Source: an uncultured Bacilli bacterium
GTDB lineage: Bacteria > Bacillota_I > Bacilli_A > ML615J-28 > CAG-313
NCBI GenBank assembly: GCA_947591495.1
Contig: CANQDG010000002.1
Coordinates: forward strand, 9,779 to 73,778
Direction: 5' to 3'
DNA length: 64,000 nucleotides
Both the position numbers and the translations under genes were made by a program. Every line of letters begins with the position of its first letter. Positions within the stretch are counted from its first letter, which is position 1. The notes under the pieces were generated by a model that saw only the letters and a program-made list of their open reading frames with translations, was not told where the DNA came from and ran no database searches. Of the stretch, positions 19,687 to 32,400 are shown in pieces.

Positions 19687-21113
19687 TACTTATTTTCGCC
19701 TTTCTTTTTTTCTTTTAATAACTCTTCAAAAGCAATTCCTGGATTAGTTAAATTGTTTTTATCTAAAACACTTTCGATTATATCTTCTGTTAATAGTTGA
19801 TGTTCTTCAATAACTTGTCTAATGGTTTTTTCAGAAGTGATAGCCTCATTTACAACATTACAAGCAAGATCATGACCAAGATATGGTGATAAAGCGGTAA
19901 TTAAATAAATGCTATTATCGATTTGATAATTGTTTTGATTAGTTTTAAGTCCCGCAATAGCAAGGTTAGCAAAGGTTCGTGCTGCTCTTCGAAGCGTTGT
20001 AATTTGTTCAAAAAGACTCATCAAAATAATTGGTTCAAAAACATTAAGTTCAAGTTGTCCGGCCTCAACCGCCTTAGTAATTGTAACATCAAGGCCAATT
20101 ACATAAAAGCAAACTTGGTTGACCATTTCAGGAACAACAGGATTGTATTTTCCTGGCATAATAGAAGAGCCAGGTTGAACATTAGGTAGAACAATTTCAT
20201 TATGACCACCTACAACTGAACTTGCCATTAAGCGTAGATCGCTTGCGGTCTTAGAAAGATTAGTAGCAAGAATTTTTAAACAACTGCTCGCAAAAGCAAA
20301 ACTATCTAGATTACGTGTTGCATCAATTAAATCTTTGGCAATGCGAATATCTTCACCTGAGAATTTACCTAAATAATAAATAACTTTTTTACGATATTTT
20401 TCATTTGCATTTAAGCTTGTGCCGATTGCAGTTGCACCCATATTGACATCTAAAAGACTATCAATTGCCAGATCAATTCGGCGCATATCACGATTTAAAA
20501 CGCTAGCATAGGCATTAAATTCTTGACCTAAACGAATTGGTAGAGCTTCTTGAAGATGCGTTTTACCAATTTTAATAACATCTTTAAATTCTTCAGCTTT
20601 ATCTAAGTAGCAATTATATAACTTTTTTAATTCTACTTGTAATTTTTTTAATTGTTTTACCACCGCAATCTTACCGGCTGTTTGAATAACATCATTTGTT
20701 GATTGACCAAAGTTAACATGGTCATTAGGATGAACGAAATTATAAACTCCTTTTCTTCCGCCCAATAATTCATTAGCTCGATTGGCAATTACTTCATTAG
20801 CATTCATATTGATGCTTGTTCCAGCCCCACCTTGAATAAGGTCGGTTACAAATTGGCCATGAAGTCTACCATTTAAAATTTCATCGCAAGCAAGCATAAT
20901 AGCATGTCCAACTTTTTCATCGATATTTTGAGCATCGATGTTAGCTTTGGCGGCAGCTTTCTTGACGATAGCAAGAGCCTTAATCATTTGGCGACAAATA
21001 CCACGTTTAGTGATTTCGAAATTTTCTTTACCACGGAGTGTTTCAATACCATAATATGCCTCAGCAGGTACTTGACGTTCACCCAATAGATCTTTTTCTA
21101 TTCGATATCTCAT
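19686..21113 (-). CDS. aspA: aspartate ammonia-lyase
   Basis: 475 aa in the fumarase/aspartase superfamily. The signature loop GSSIMPGKYNPVVPE has the aspartase-type NPV.PE ending, not the fumarase NPTQCE. Confidence 0.85.
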   Translation of the reverse strand: MRYRIEKDLLGERQVPAEAYYGIETLRGKENFEITKRGICRQMIKALAIVKKAAAKANIDAQNIDEKVGHAIMLACDEILNGRLHGQFVTDLIQGGAGTSINMNANEVIANRANELLGGRKGVYNFVHPNDHVNFGQSTNDVIQTAGKIAVVKQLKKLQVELKKLYNCYLDKAEEFKDVIKIGKTHLQEALPIRLGQEFNAYASVLNRDMRRIDLAIDSLLDVNMGATAIGTSLNANEKYRKKVIYYLGKFSGEDIRIAKDLIDATRNLDSFAFASSCLKILATNLSKTASDLRLMASSVVGGHNEIVLPNVQPGSSIMPGKYNPVVPEMVNQVCFYVIGLDVTITKAVEAGQLELNVFEPIILMSLFEQITTLRRAARTFANLAIAGLKTNQNNYQIDNSIYLITALSPYLGHDLACNVVNEAITSEKTIRQVIEEHQLLTEDIIESVLDKNNLTNPGIAFEELLKEKKKGENK

Positions 21114-21230
21114 AATTTTCTCCCTAAATTTTATTTAATTAATCTTCTTGTATATCATATCATAAATTATAAAAAATTTCAATTATAATTAATTATAATT
21201 TATCATAAATTGTAATAAGGGTGATTAATA

Positions 21231-22496
21231 GTGAAGTTAAAAATAACTAGTAGAGCAAGGTTAAAAGGCACGATTAAAATAAGTGGTTCTAAAAATGCTA
21301 CCTTACCACTTATGGTATGTGCTCTTTTAACATATGATGAAATTATTCTTCAAAATATTCCCCATATTAGTGATGTTTTAATGATGATGAAGTTATTACA
21401 AGATATTGGTATTAGGGTAATTTATCAAGAAGATGAAAAAACGCTTCGATTACAAAAAGAGGCTTTATTTGTTAACTTAAAAAAAGAAGATATAAAAAAA
21501 ATCAGAGCTTCTTATTATATTATGGGCGCTTTAGTTGCTAATGACCTTAATTTTAAAACACATTATCCTGGTGGATGTTCTTTTAGTAAAAGACCAATCG
21601 ATTATCACCTTGATGCTTTTAAAAAAGTAGGATATCAAATCATCGAAAAAGGCGAAGAATTAATTTTTCAAAAACTTAAAACAAGTGATGATATCATTAA
21701 TTATGACCTACCCAAGCCATCAGTAGGTGCAACTATTAATGTTTTGTTTATTAGTATTTTAAGAAAAGGTATAAGTATTATCCATAATCCCTCTTTAGAA
21801 CCTGAAGTGCAACAAGTAATTGAGATGTTAAAACTAATGGGCGCAAACATTATTCAAGAAAATAACACTCTAAAAATTGAAGGCGTTGATCATTTACATG
21901 GAATAACATATAAGATTATGAGTGATCGCATTGAAGCAGGTAGTTATTTATTACTAGCAGCATCGGTCAAAAGAAGTAAAATTATTTTTCAAAACCTTGA
22001 TTTAACTTATTTAGAAGATGTTTTAAAAACTTTAAAACAAATGGGACTACATTTCAAAAAGCATAACAATCAATTAGTTGTTAAAAAAACTAAACGCTTA
22101 ATAGGTATTAATAAAACCATTGATATTTATCCGGCTTTTCCAACTGATTTACAACAAATTTTAAGCGTTGCATGCCTTAAGGCTAAGAGCCCATCAACTA
22201 TTATTGATAAAATTTATCCCGAAAGATTAACGCATTTAAAAGAAATAAAAAAGGCTAAGGGAATTATTCAATTAGTTAATCATCAAATTAAAATATATCC
22301 ATCTTATAAGCTTGAGGCCGGTTCTTTTTATGCTAGTGATTTACGTTGTGGGTTTGCTTGTATAGTGCTAGCAGTTATGGCAAATGGAACAAGTATTATT
22401 GAAAATGCGGAATTAATTTTAAGAGGTTATGAAAATCTTATTGATAAATTACGGGGTTTGCAAGTCGCTATAGAAGAAGAAAAAGATGACTTTTAA
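21231..22496 (+). CDS. murA: UDP-N-acetylglucosamine 1-carboxyvinyltransferase
   Basis: 421 aa with a GTG start and an AAGGGTGA RBS. ISGSKNATLPLM and the active-site loop PGGCSFSKRPID (Cys retained) are present. Confidence 0.9.
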   Translation: MKLKITSRARLKGTIKISGSKNATLPLMVCALLTYDEIILQNIPHISDVLMMMKLLQDIGIRVIYQEDEKTLRLQKEALFVNLKKEDIKKIRASYYIMGALVANDLNFKTHYPGGCSFSKRPIDYHLDAFKKVGYQIIEKGEELIFQKLKTSDDIINYDLPKPSVGATINVLFISILRKGISIIHNPSLEPEVQQVIEMLKLMGANIIQENNTLKIEGVDHLHGITYKIMSDRIEAGSYLLLAASVKRSKIIFQNLDLTYLEDVLKTLKQMGLHFKKHNNQLVVKKTKRLIGINKTIDIYPAFPTDLQQILSVACLKAKSPSTIIDKIYPERLTHLKEIKKAKGIIQLVNHQIKIYPSYKLEAGSFYASDLRCGFACIVLAVMANGTSIIENAELILRGYENLIDKLRGLQVAIEEEKDDF

Positions 22497-22639
22497 TAAA
22501 TAATTTGTTATTTGAATATTTCCTATTAAATTTTCAGGAAATAATTAACATAAATACAAGATAATGTCAATATAATATCAAGATTAAAAAATTTTTTTAA
22601 GAAAATTTTAACAAAATAGCATTTATTAAATAAAAACAC

Positions 22640-22668
22640 TTGCAAAAAAAACGGAAATTTGATAAAAT
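22640..22668 (+). promoter_or_regulatory. extended -10 promoter of the giant gene
   Basis: TTGCAA (22640-22645), a 17-nt spacer, then TGaTAAAAT (TAAAAT 22663-22668). An A/T-rich tract lies upstream and the RBS AGAGGTG lies 8 nt before ATG 22708. Confidence 0.55.
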
Positions 22669-22707
22669 AAGTAGGTAAAGTCATGAAAAAAAAGAGGTGA
22701 AAAAATA

Positions 22708-23410
22708 ATGGATTTTAATCAAATCTTACTATTCGCAGGATTGGGATTACTGTTAATAGTAGTATTATTTGCATTATGGGGCTTTCTTGGTGGCTTAAAG
22801 AGAGAACTATCATGCATAGCCGTTTTCATTGTTTTACTAGTACTAGCTTGGCTAGTTTTTGGAGATTCGGCAACGCTACTTAATGCCAAAGTAGGACAAC
22901 AAGTAGCTGGAATGCTAGATCTTCATGATAGCTCTATTACTACCCTTTGGGATGCAGTACTGGCTTTTGCGAAAGCCAATATTCCAAATGGAGAGGCTTT
23001 ATTAGTAGAAGGTAAGGAAACGTACACCCTTTTCTATGGCATTGCTTCAACCGTTTGCCACGCAGTTGGTTTAATAGTTGGTACTCTTGCAATTTTAATA
23101 ATTTGTCCAATTATTCGTTTAATTACACACTTTATTGGCTTAATTATTAGAGCAGTTAAGAAAAGCAAAGCTAAAAAGAATCCTCCAGTTGAATCAACTG
23201 AGGAAGTAGAAAAGGAAAAAGAAATGGTTGTCGTTTCACGAATTGATGAAGCTGAAGAAGCTGTCTTTGTTAAAGATGCTAACGAAATTCCTGAAAAGCC
23301 TAAAGGCAAAAGACGTCTATGGGGCGCTCTTGCAGGAGCATTAAAAGGAGTTTTCGTTATTATCTTAGTTTGTGTACCACTTTCAGGAATTAGTTCAATT
23401 TTTGGAAAAT
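22708..23410 (+). other. CvpA-like multi-pass membrane domain of the giant protein
   Basis: WGFLGGLKRELSCIAVFIVLLVLAWLV and RRLWGALAGALKGVFVIILVCVPL resemble the E. coli CvpA segments IRGFVREALSLV... and DRVLGVCFGALRGVLIVAAILFFL, as I recall them. A charged insert of about 55 aa (KKSKAKKNPPVESTEEVEKEKE...KPKGKRR) separates the last two helices. Confidence 0.55.
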
Positions 23411-26400
23411 TTACACCTGAAACAAAGGCACTTGTAAAAGACTTAGTCAATGGCGATGCTAAAGTTAATTTAGCAGAATCTAACGATAACCCAGTAGACA
23501 TGGCATTTGAATTTGCTGATGCATATGATCATAGTGCACTTGGCAAATTTGCAAATGGCTCAAGTTTCTTCTTTGGTGAATCTTTCAGTGAAAAATTATT
23601 TGACCAATTACTTAAATTAGAAACTAAAAATCAAGTAATTTATTTAAGTGATGAAATTGAAGTATTCATCGAAGCAGTTAATAATTTAGAAGGTAATTTA
23701 GATTTCGAAAAGATGTCGCGAAATCAATATCGCAACTTCTTAGAAACATTAAAACAAGCCAAACTACCTGCTGAATTAATGCCAGTTGCAATTGAATATG
23801 CCTACGAAGTAGAATCAATTAACAAGATTTTAAAAGAAACTGGTGTTGAGGCTAACTTCTTAGAATTACGTTACAATAACTGGAAACACGATATTGATCT
23901 AGTTTTAAGTGCTTTACAAGAAGCATATGATTTAGATTTATTCCCTATTAAAGATCTAAATTATTTAAAATTAGATACCGAAGAATTAAGAGATGTTGTT
24001 TCTTGCTTAGGTCAAACGGAATTCATGAAAGATGGCTATCCACTAGCTGTTAAGATTCTATTGAATTTACAAGATGTTAAGAAACAAATTGGTACTGTTA
24101 CAATTGAAAAACTTGATGATTTAGATGTTGCAAGTGATTTAGATGCTTTAGTATCAATTTATGATGTATTCAAAAAATTTGGTATTGAAACATTTGAAGG
24201 CTTTGATTTTGACGCATTCATCAAAGATGTTTTAAAAGATGATGTAAAAATCGATTTAGTCTTTGATATTGCTCATCGTGTACTTGATTTACAAATTGCC
24301 CGTAAAGTAGCAGTCCCAGTTGCTTTCGGATTTGCAAAAAATAATGAAAAGTTCCAAGAGATTTTAGCAAAAGCTAAAGTAGAAGAAGATTTTGTTGCAT
24401 TAGAAAAGATTGTTACACTTGATGATTTAGCAACTTATTTAGATGCTGTAAAAGTAGCTTTAGATTTAGTTGATTTAAGCGAATATCCAACTATCAAATA
24501 TGATTATTTCCATCTTGATGCTGATTTAATGGATGATATCATTGATCGTTTATTTGCTAGTAAAGCTACTGATCCAGTTTTAAAAGTTGCAAGTAAAATT
24601 GCTTTATCTTTAGATGTTGTTACTAATAACTTAGGTGATGCGTTAAAAGATGTTGACTTATCAAGCGTTGATTGGAAAACTGAATTAAAAACATTTGTTA
24701 GCATTTATCGTGAATTCTTAAAATTAGGCTTTGAATCACTTGATGATTTTAAAGGTGATAAGATTGATTTAGTTCAAGGCTTAATTGAAGATGAAACTAA
24801 ATATAATGCAATTTCCAATATGTTATCACTTTTAGTTGATGCTCAACTATATACTAAGTTAGCTGTTCCAACAATGCAATATTTCTTAGATAAATATCTT
24901 GATGAGCATTATGTTGCTTTCAACCAAATATTTGATTTAGGTGACATTACTAAAGATGAATGGAAACAAGATTTCCAAACACTTTTAGAAAGTGCAAAAC
25001 TTGTTAACGAATTAAAAGTTTTAGATAACATTAACCCATTTGATTACAAGGCTTTAGATATCGCATCTGATAGCGGTATTGCTAAAATAAAACAATTAAT
25101 TCAAAATATTTTCGAACTTAACATTTTAGGTGATGACCAATTAAAAACTGCTTTACTTGTTGCATCAATTAAACAATTTAATTGGGTAGGTCTTGATGAA
25201 GAATATTTAGAAGATTCAACAAAATGGAATATTCGTTGGACTAATGAAGAAGAAGTATTACTACAATTAGTTGATATCTATTCTAGCGTTGTTAAATTAG
25301 ATGAATTTGATATCTTTGATTTACAATCAACTGATTGGGTAGCATTATTAGAAAGCGATGAATTCTTAGATTATGTTGTTTCTGCTTTAGAAACAGTTGT
25401 TGATTCTGATATCGTTTTAGAATTATTACCAAATTTATTAGATAAATATTTATTACCTAGACTTGAAGCAATCGAAAGTGTAGATGATGAAACATTATTC
25501 AAAGATATTTTTGAAAAATTACCATCTGATGAATTAGTTAATGAAATTATCAAATTAATCGATGTTGTTAAAAACGCTGTTAAAATTAATTTAATTGGCC
25601 ATAAAGCAAATGAAATTGATTTCAGTAATGTTGATGCATTAAAAGCAATCGTTAGTGGCATTTTTGATTCTAAACTTATTCAAGGATTTGAAGGTAGAAT
25701 TATTCGTATCTTATTAAAGGTAACTAAATTACTTGAATTAGATCCTGAATCTAGTGTTTATCAAGAACTTGTTGAAATTGATTATAGCGGTGAAAAAGAA
25801 GCTTTACTAAATTTCCTTGATGCTATCGCACCAGTATTACAAGATCCTGATTTCAAAATTTTAAACGATGAAGGAAAATTAAACTTAACTTTAAAATTCT
25901 GGAGTGAAAATGAAAAAGCTCAAAGCTTATTAAATGGTTTAAAAGCTTTACTTGGTAGTTATCCTGACAATGATGAAACAAGTTCAAAATTAATCGAAGT
26001 ATTACTTCCTGCTATCTATGGTCAATATGTTGATGGCAAAGATATTATTCCAAGCGATTATAAAGAATTAATCGATGAATTAGACATTGCTAATGCTACA
26101 GGTGAACAATTAACAAGTGCATTACGTCGTTTAATCTTTGTTGCAGAAGAATTAGTAAAGATTGATGCTCAAAGCTTATTAGATGGTGGCGATATGGAAA
26201 TCGCATCTGAAAAAGCAATTGATTCATTCAAAGGTATTTTAGATGCTCTTCATGATATCGAATTATTCCGTGGACATGAAGCAAAAGTTCTTGCTTGGGG
26301 CGTTAATTTTGTTGCAAAACAATTAAAGATTAATGTTGATCCTATTACTGATGAATTTGATAATGTTGATTGGTTAGGCCAAAATGAAGTTTATAAAGAT

Positions 26401-29400
26401 ATCCTTGATGATTTAGGATTATTCTTAAGAAATAACGATATTATTACACTTAACCAATTAAAAGACTTCATCAAAGATAAGAAGTATAATACAAGTGAAT
26501 TCATTACAAAAGAAAATATGAATGATTTACTTGATATCGTTGACAAAGTTGTTGATGTTCAAGTAATCGATGCAGTAATGCCACTTGTTGTAAAATATGG
26601 CGTTCAACTCTTAAATGATCGTAACGTTATTAATCTTGATTATGTTAAAGATTTCACCAATGAAGAAATCAATCATGATGTTCATAGCATCGTCGCTATT
26701 GCTCATAAATTAGTTGATGAATTAGATATCGTATCATATTACAATGCTAAATTTGATGGCGATATGCCTCTTCCTAATGTAGAAGTTGTTCAATCATTAG
26801 TTGATGATATTTTTGAATTAAATATCATTACAAAAGCTGAAGGTAGACTTGGTAATGCTATTTTTGATATGGTAGCAAGCAGAACTAATGTTGATGAAAC
26901 ATTATCATTAACAGCTGAAGACTTTAAATTTGCTAGTATTGATTGGTCAGAAGAAAAAGAAGTATTCAAAGACTTAATTGCTAAAGCTTACGATTTCTTA
27001 GAAGTTAATAACATTACAACAATGACTAACCTTCAAAGATTCTTTAAAGAAAAATGGTATACTGAACCTGCTATCTTAAGAGATGAAACTGGTTATGTAG
27101 CTAGTGATGTTTTAAGAGTTTTACAAAATTCACAACTTGTTGAAAATGTGATCGTTAAATTATATCAATATGGCATTGATTATGTAAGCAATAATAAATC
27201 TTTCAAATTACCATTTGATATTAGTTATATGAGAGAAATGGAAGCTGCTGAATTATTAGCTGATCTTGGTGTTGTTGCTGATATCGCTGATAAAGCTGTT
27301 AAATTCGGTATTATGAGTTACTTAGCAGATGGTGATATTCATAACATTGATATAACTATTCTTGCTGATGCTGTTGAAGAAGATTTAACTAGATTAAATA
27401 TTCTTGCTCATTATGGCCAAAGATTAATTGGTGATGCCGCAAATTATGGTTTGAATTATCTTGAAAGCGTAACTCATGGTGACTTTGTATTATCACAAGA
27501 AAATATCAATGAAATTGATTATAAACATGAATTAGTTGTTCTTGCCGATACGATTAGATCTGCTCAAGCATTCCTTGATGCTAAAAATATTAGATTCTTT
27601 AGTGATATCTTTGACTTCGTTGATGATGTTAGAGTTAATAATCCACTTAAGAATAAAGCATTCTTTGATCGTGAAACTTATGATGCTTTAGTTGATATTG
27701 CATCTGCTGCTTCTAATTTACAATTATTAGAATTATTAGGCCCACAACTTTTAAATCATGCTATTCGTTATGCTGAACAAGTAAAAGTTGATCTTTCATT
27801 CTTAGATACAGAAGAATACACTGGTGCTTTCTTTGTTGAAGATATTAGAGTAGTATTAGAAATGGCTGATTATGGCTATGACTTTGGTTTAATTGATCTT
27901 GCATTTGATAAGACTTTATATACACTTGAGTTTGAAGCATTATGTAATATGTTAGATTCTGTTCCTGAACTTCATCTTGCACAATTATACTATGCTGATT
28001 TAGTAGCTTTAGGTGTTAATAATGGCTTAAAAGCTGTTAAGATTGAAAAGAGTGTTGATCGTTCATTATTTGCTGAAATAGATCTTAACACTGAAATTAA
28101 AGAATTAAAAGAAGTATTAATGGCTATAAAACCATTACTTGCTGAAAAAGAAGTTGTAACTCTTACTAACTTAATTGATTTAGTTAAGGCTCAATATCCT
28201 GCTAATACTTACAAGATGGCTGCTTTCTATGATATAGCAACAGGCGAATTACTTGAAAAAGTTGTATATGAAGCTGCTGATTTACAAACACTTGCTGTAT
28301 TATTACCAAAAGCATTAAATTATGGTGTTGATCGTTTAACTCAAGTTAACTTAAGTTTCCTTAAAGATTCATTCACTAGTGAAGAATTAGCAAGTGATCT
28401 TAAAGTTGTATCAGGATTAATCGTTCCTGCTATTAAAGCCGAATTAGTAGGTCTTGCTTTCGGTGCTAAAGTTAATGATTTACCATTACATTTCGATGTT
28501 TACAATGAAATGTTAGATGTTGTAAAAGATCTTAACATTTTACAAGCTAAATATGGTGAGTTTGTAAGCATGGGTACAAATAGTGTTCTTAAAGCATTAA
28601 AGTCAACACAAGAAGTAACTGCTGATTTATTCAGTGATGTTGTTCTAGCCGATGAAGCTGAAGCTTTAAAGAACGTTATAAACCGTGTTGCAACTCTTGC
28701 TGAAGAATTAGATGCTAAAACAGTATATGATGTTAGATACATTATTACTGATCTTATCCAAAACAAACAATATAAAGAAGAAAAATATACTAATAGAACA
28801 ACTGTAACAGAATTATTAGACATTGTAGATGCTGCATTAGATGTTCAAACTGTTCAATTATTATTAACTCCAACTATCACTACTCATTTAAGTGAATTTG
28901 CTTCATTACATGGTGTAGATCTTGCCTTCTTATTTAGATATGCTACAAGAGAAGCATTAGTTGAAGACTTAGATAGTATTGTTGTAACATTAAGAGATTT
29001 AGTTGATTATGGTATGTTAGAATTTGCATTACGTGATGGTAGCATTGATGTAACAGATATTACACCAATTAAAGATGCTATTGATCGCCTTGCTCATTTA
29101 CATATTTTAGAAAATAATCATGCTGATGTTGTCTTCTTAGTATTAGATAAACTTGGTATTGATAAAACAGGCGTTGATTTAAGTAATATTGATTTAGATC
29201 AAGAAGTTGCAAGCGTTCAAGATATTCTTGAACAAGCTAAAGAAATCTTATTGATGGAAGACGTTGATCAATATGCAGAAATCAAAGGTATCGATTTCAA
29301 TAAATATTTGAAACTTGATAGTAAGACTAATGAATATATTGATGTCTTTGCACCATTACTAAAAGCTCTTGCAAAAGATCAATTAGTAGAAAGATTAGGA

Positions 29401-32400
29401 CTTGCCGTTTCTCGTAAATACCTTGCTAACTTTGCTTCAAAATATGAAGGATTAGCTGATATTTATAACATTTATACAGATGGAAAACAATTAACTAGTG
29501 ACTTATCTGATTTAGCAGATATCTTATTAGAAATAAGAGCAATTGATCTTGTTTCTTCAATCGCAAGTGATAATCCATATCCATATGATAAAGTTGAAAA
29601 CATCTCAAAGATTATTAAATTATTATTAAGCTTGAATTACTTCAACATTGATGAAAATAGAGCTGACGATTTCATTAAAGCTTTAGATCCACATGTTAAA
29701 GCTGATTTAAGTAGCGTTGATGCTAAGGGCGTTGATTTAAGAAGTGATGCTGATATCTTTGCTGCAATGTATGAAGATTTAGCTAACATTTTAACTCATG
29801 AATCATTCCCTATTAAGAGCAAAAATGATTTGAACCCAGTTAAATTTAATAATAATTTATTAAAATCATCACTTGTTTATGAAAGTGCTGTTGATGCTCT
29901 TCTTAAATTTATGGATACAACTGTTTATAACAAGACAGCTGCTGGACTTATCATGCTTACATTCCCTCTTGTTGAAAAATATGCTCCTGAATATTATAGT
30001 GCTTTAGATTTAGCTGTACTTACTAAAGAAACTATTACCGAAGATTTACCACTTTTAAAAGATATTCTCTTAAAAGTAGACGCAATGGATTTAGGCAAAT
30101 TAGCTGAAGAAAAATCAGTATTTACAGCTGAGGTTGAAGATTTAATCAATACTGTAATTGATAGTATTGCTAAATCACAAATTCTTGCTAACCATGGTAA
30201 TGCTGTATTCGAAGTTACAATGGATAAATTTGTTAATGGTAAGACTCTTGGCAATATTGTTATCCCAACTGGTGCAATCGTTGCTGACGGCGTTGATTTT
30301 GTTGAAGATAAAGATTTATATAAACGATTAGTTAGCAAAATAATTGGATTATTAAATAGACAAGATGTTTATACTATTCAAGAATTAAAAGATTATGTAA
30401 ATGCATTTAAAGCAAATGCTAAAGCTGAATTATTAAGCTTTGTATCATTAGAAGAAAATGATACAGATGTGGCTGACATTCTTAAGATCTTAACTGATAT
30501 TACCATTGTTGAAGTAAATGGTTTATCAATTATGAATAATATTGTTCATCCAGCATTACCAAGTGCTTTAGGTAAAGTTATTGACTTTACAATGTTTACA
30601 AAAGATGAATTTGCAAGCGACTTAAAGGCTGCTGCCCTTATGGTAAGTCAATTCAATCAATTTGGTCTTGCATCAATTGCTCGTAATGAAAACATCAATT
30701 ACAATCAAGCTAAGTTAGTTCAAGCAATGCTTGAAAATATAGTATCTACTAACTATGTAAAATATAACTTAGATTCATTAATTGATTACGTTGATGGATT
30801 CAATTTACCAATTAAGTTTGAAGCCTTAAAAGCTGATGAATTTGATTATAAACATGATGCTAATGTTCTTGCACAAGTATATGAACAAATGATTCCATTC
30901 TTGACTTCTAATCATAATCCACTTAAGACAAGAAGAGATATTAAGGATTTAATTAGTAATAACTTTAAATTAGATACCGATTTGAAACAAGTAATGAAAG
31001 AATTCAAAAATGATTTACTAGATGCTTATGATGAACTTGTTCAAATGACTGCTATTCCACTATTACTTAATGAATTAGCAAATTATGGTAAAGCTTTAAC
31101 CCCAACTAACTACAAACATCTATTTGATTTACTTGCAATTGATGAATTAACATATGCTGAAAAAGCAGATGATGTAATGCAAACTGCTAGAATCCTTAGA
31201 TTAGTTGTTGACTTAGAATTATACAAAGTAGTAACAACAAAAGATTATAATTTTGCAGGCGACATTCTTTCAACTTTATATGGTAAAGAAGAAAGTAAAG
31301 TTACTTTAATTACTAATCTTGTTGATGAAGTTTATGCACTTAATGTTTTAAGAAATCGTTCTGATTTAATGCTTGAATTATTAAATGCTCTTGAAACTGA
31401 TACTACTGAAGTAGATTTAAGTGATGTTGATTGGGATAACGAAGTTACTCAATTAAAAGTTGTTATTGCAAATGGCTTAGAATTATTATTAGAATATGAT
31501 ATTCAAACTATTCAAAATGCCAAAGATTATGCGCGCGATTTATTGAACTTGAGGTCAGCTAATGCCATCTTAGATGAACTTAAAGCAATTAATAATAAAG
31601 TTAATGTAAGCCTTGGCGTAGAAATCTTCGAGGCCATCGATGAATCGAAGGCATTTGATCAAATTTTCAAACCTCTTTATAATAAATACGTATTTACTAA
31701 ATTACCTGCTAAATTCGTTGAAGTTGGTGATTTAAGCGAATACAAACCTAGCGATTTAGCTGAAGATATTCATTCTCTCGCAATTGCTGCCCGTGCTTTA
31801 TTAAATATTAAAGATTTAGAAGGCACTGTTAAAGATAATAGAGATTCTGCAGAGTGCATTTCCCAAGCACAAGCAATTATCAAAGCTTTATTCTCATTGA
31901 ATTACTTAGATTTGAAGAAACAAGCATTAGTTGATGTTGCAGCAGACATTAATGCATCATTCAAACTTGATACTTTAGATGTAACTGGTGTTAACTTCAA
32001 AGCTGATGGTGAAATTATTGCTGAATATGCAGAACAAATCTTAATGATTTTAACTGAAACAAATATTTTACGTGCTATTAGATTTGACCAATTTGGTGAT
32101 ACATATCTAATGTCAGATGTTGTTGAATTATACAATGGTTTAGTTGAAACAACCTTATTTGATGCAGTTTCTGTATGGGCATTCAGAGCTCATGTTGAAC
32201 CAAGAATTGAAGACATCGAACAATTGAAGAAATATTCATTCACAGATGAAAAGATTCATTTAATTGGTGTTAAATTCGGTGAAACATTAGATGCTATGCT
32301 TGATATGGGCTTCTTCAGTAATTATGGTGTTGATTTCACTAATAAAGAAAATACTGATCGCTTATTTGTATTATTAACAGATGTCTTTGAACCAAGCGAT

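Noticed and set aside
22515-22546. A weak hairpin (atttcct...aggaaat) after murA as its terminator.
   Set aside because: It has only a 7-bp A/T-rich stem, an 11-nt loop and no following T run, so there is not enough evidence to annotate it.
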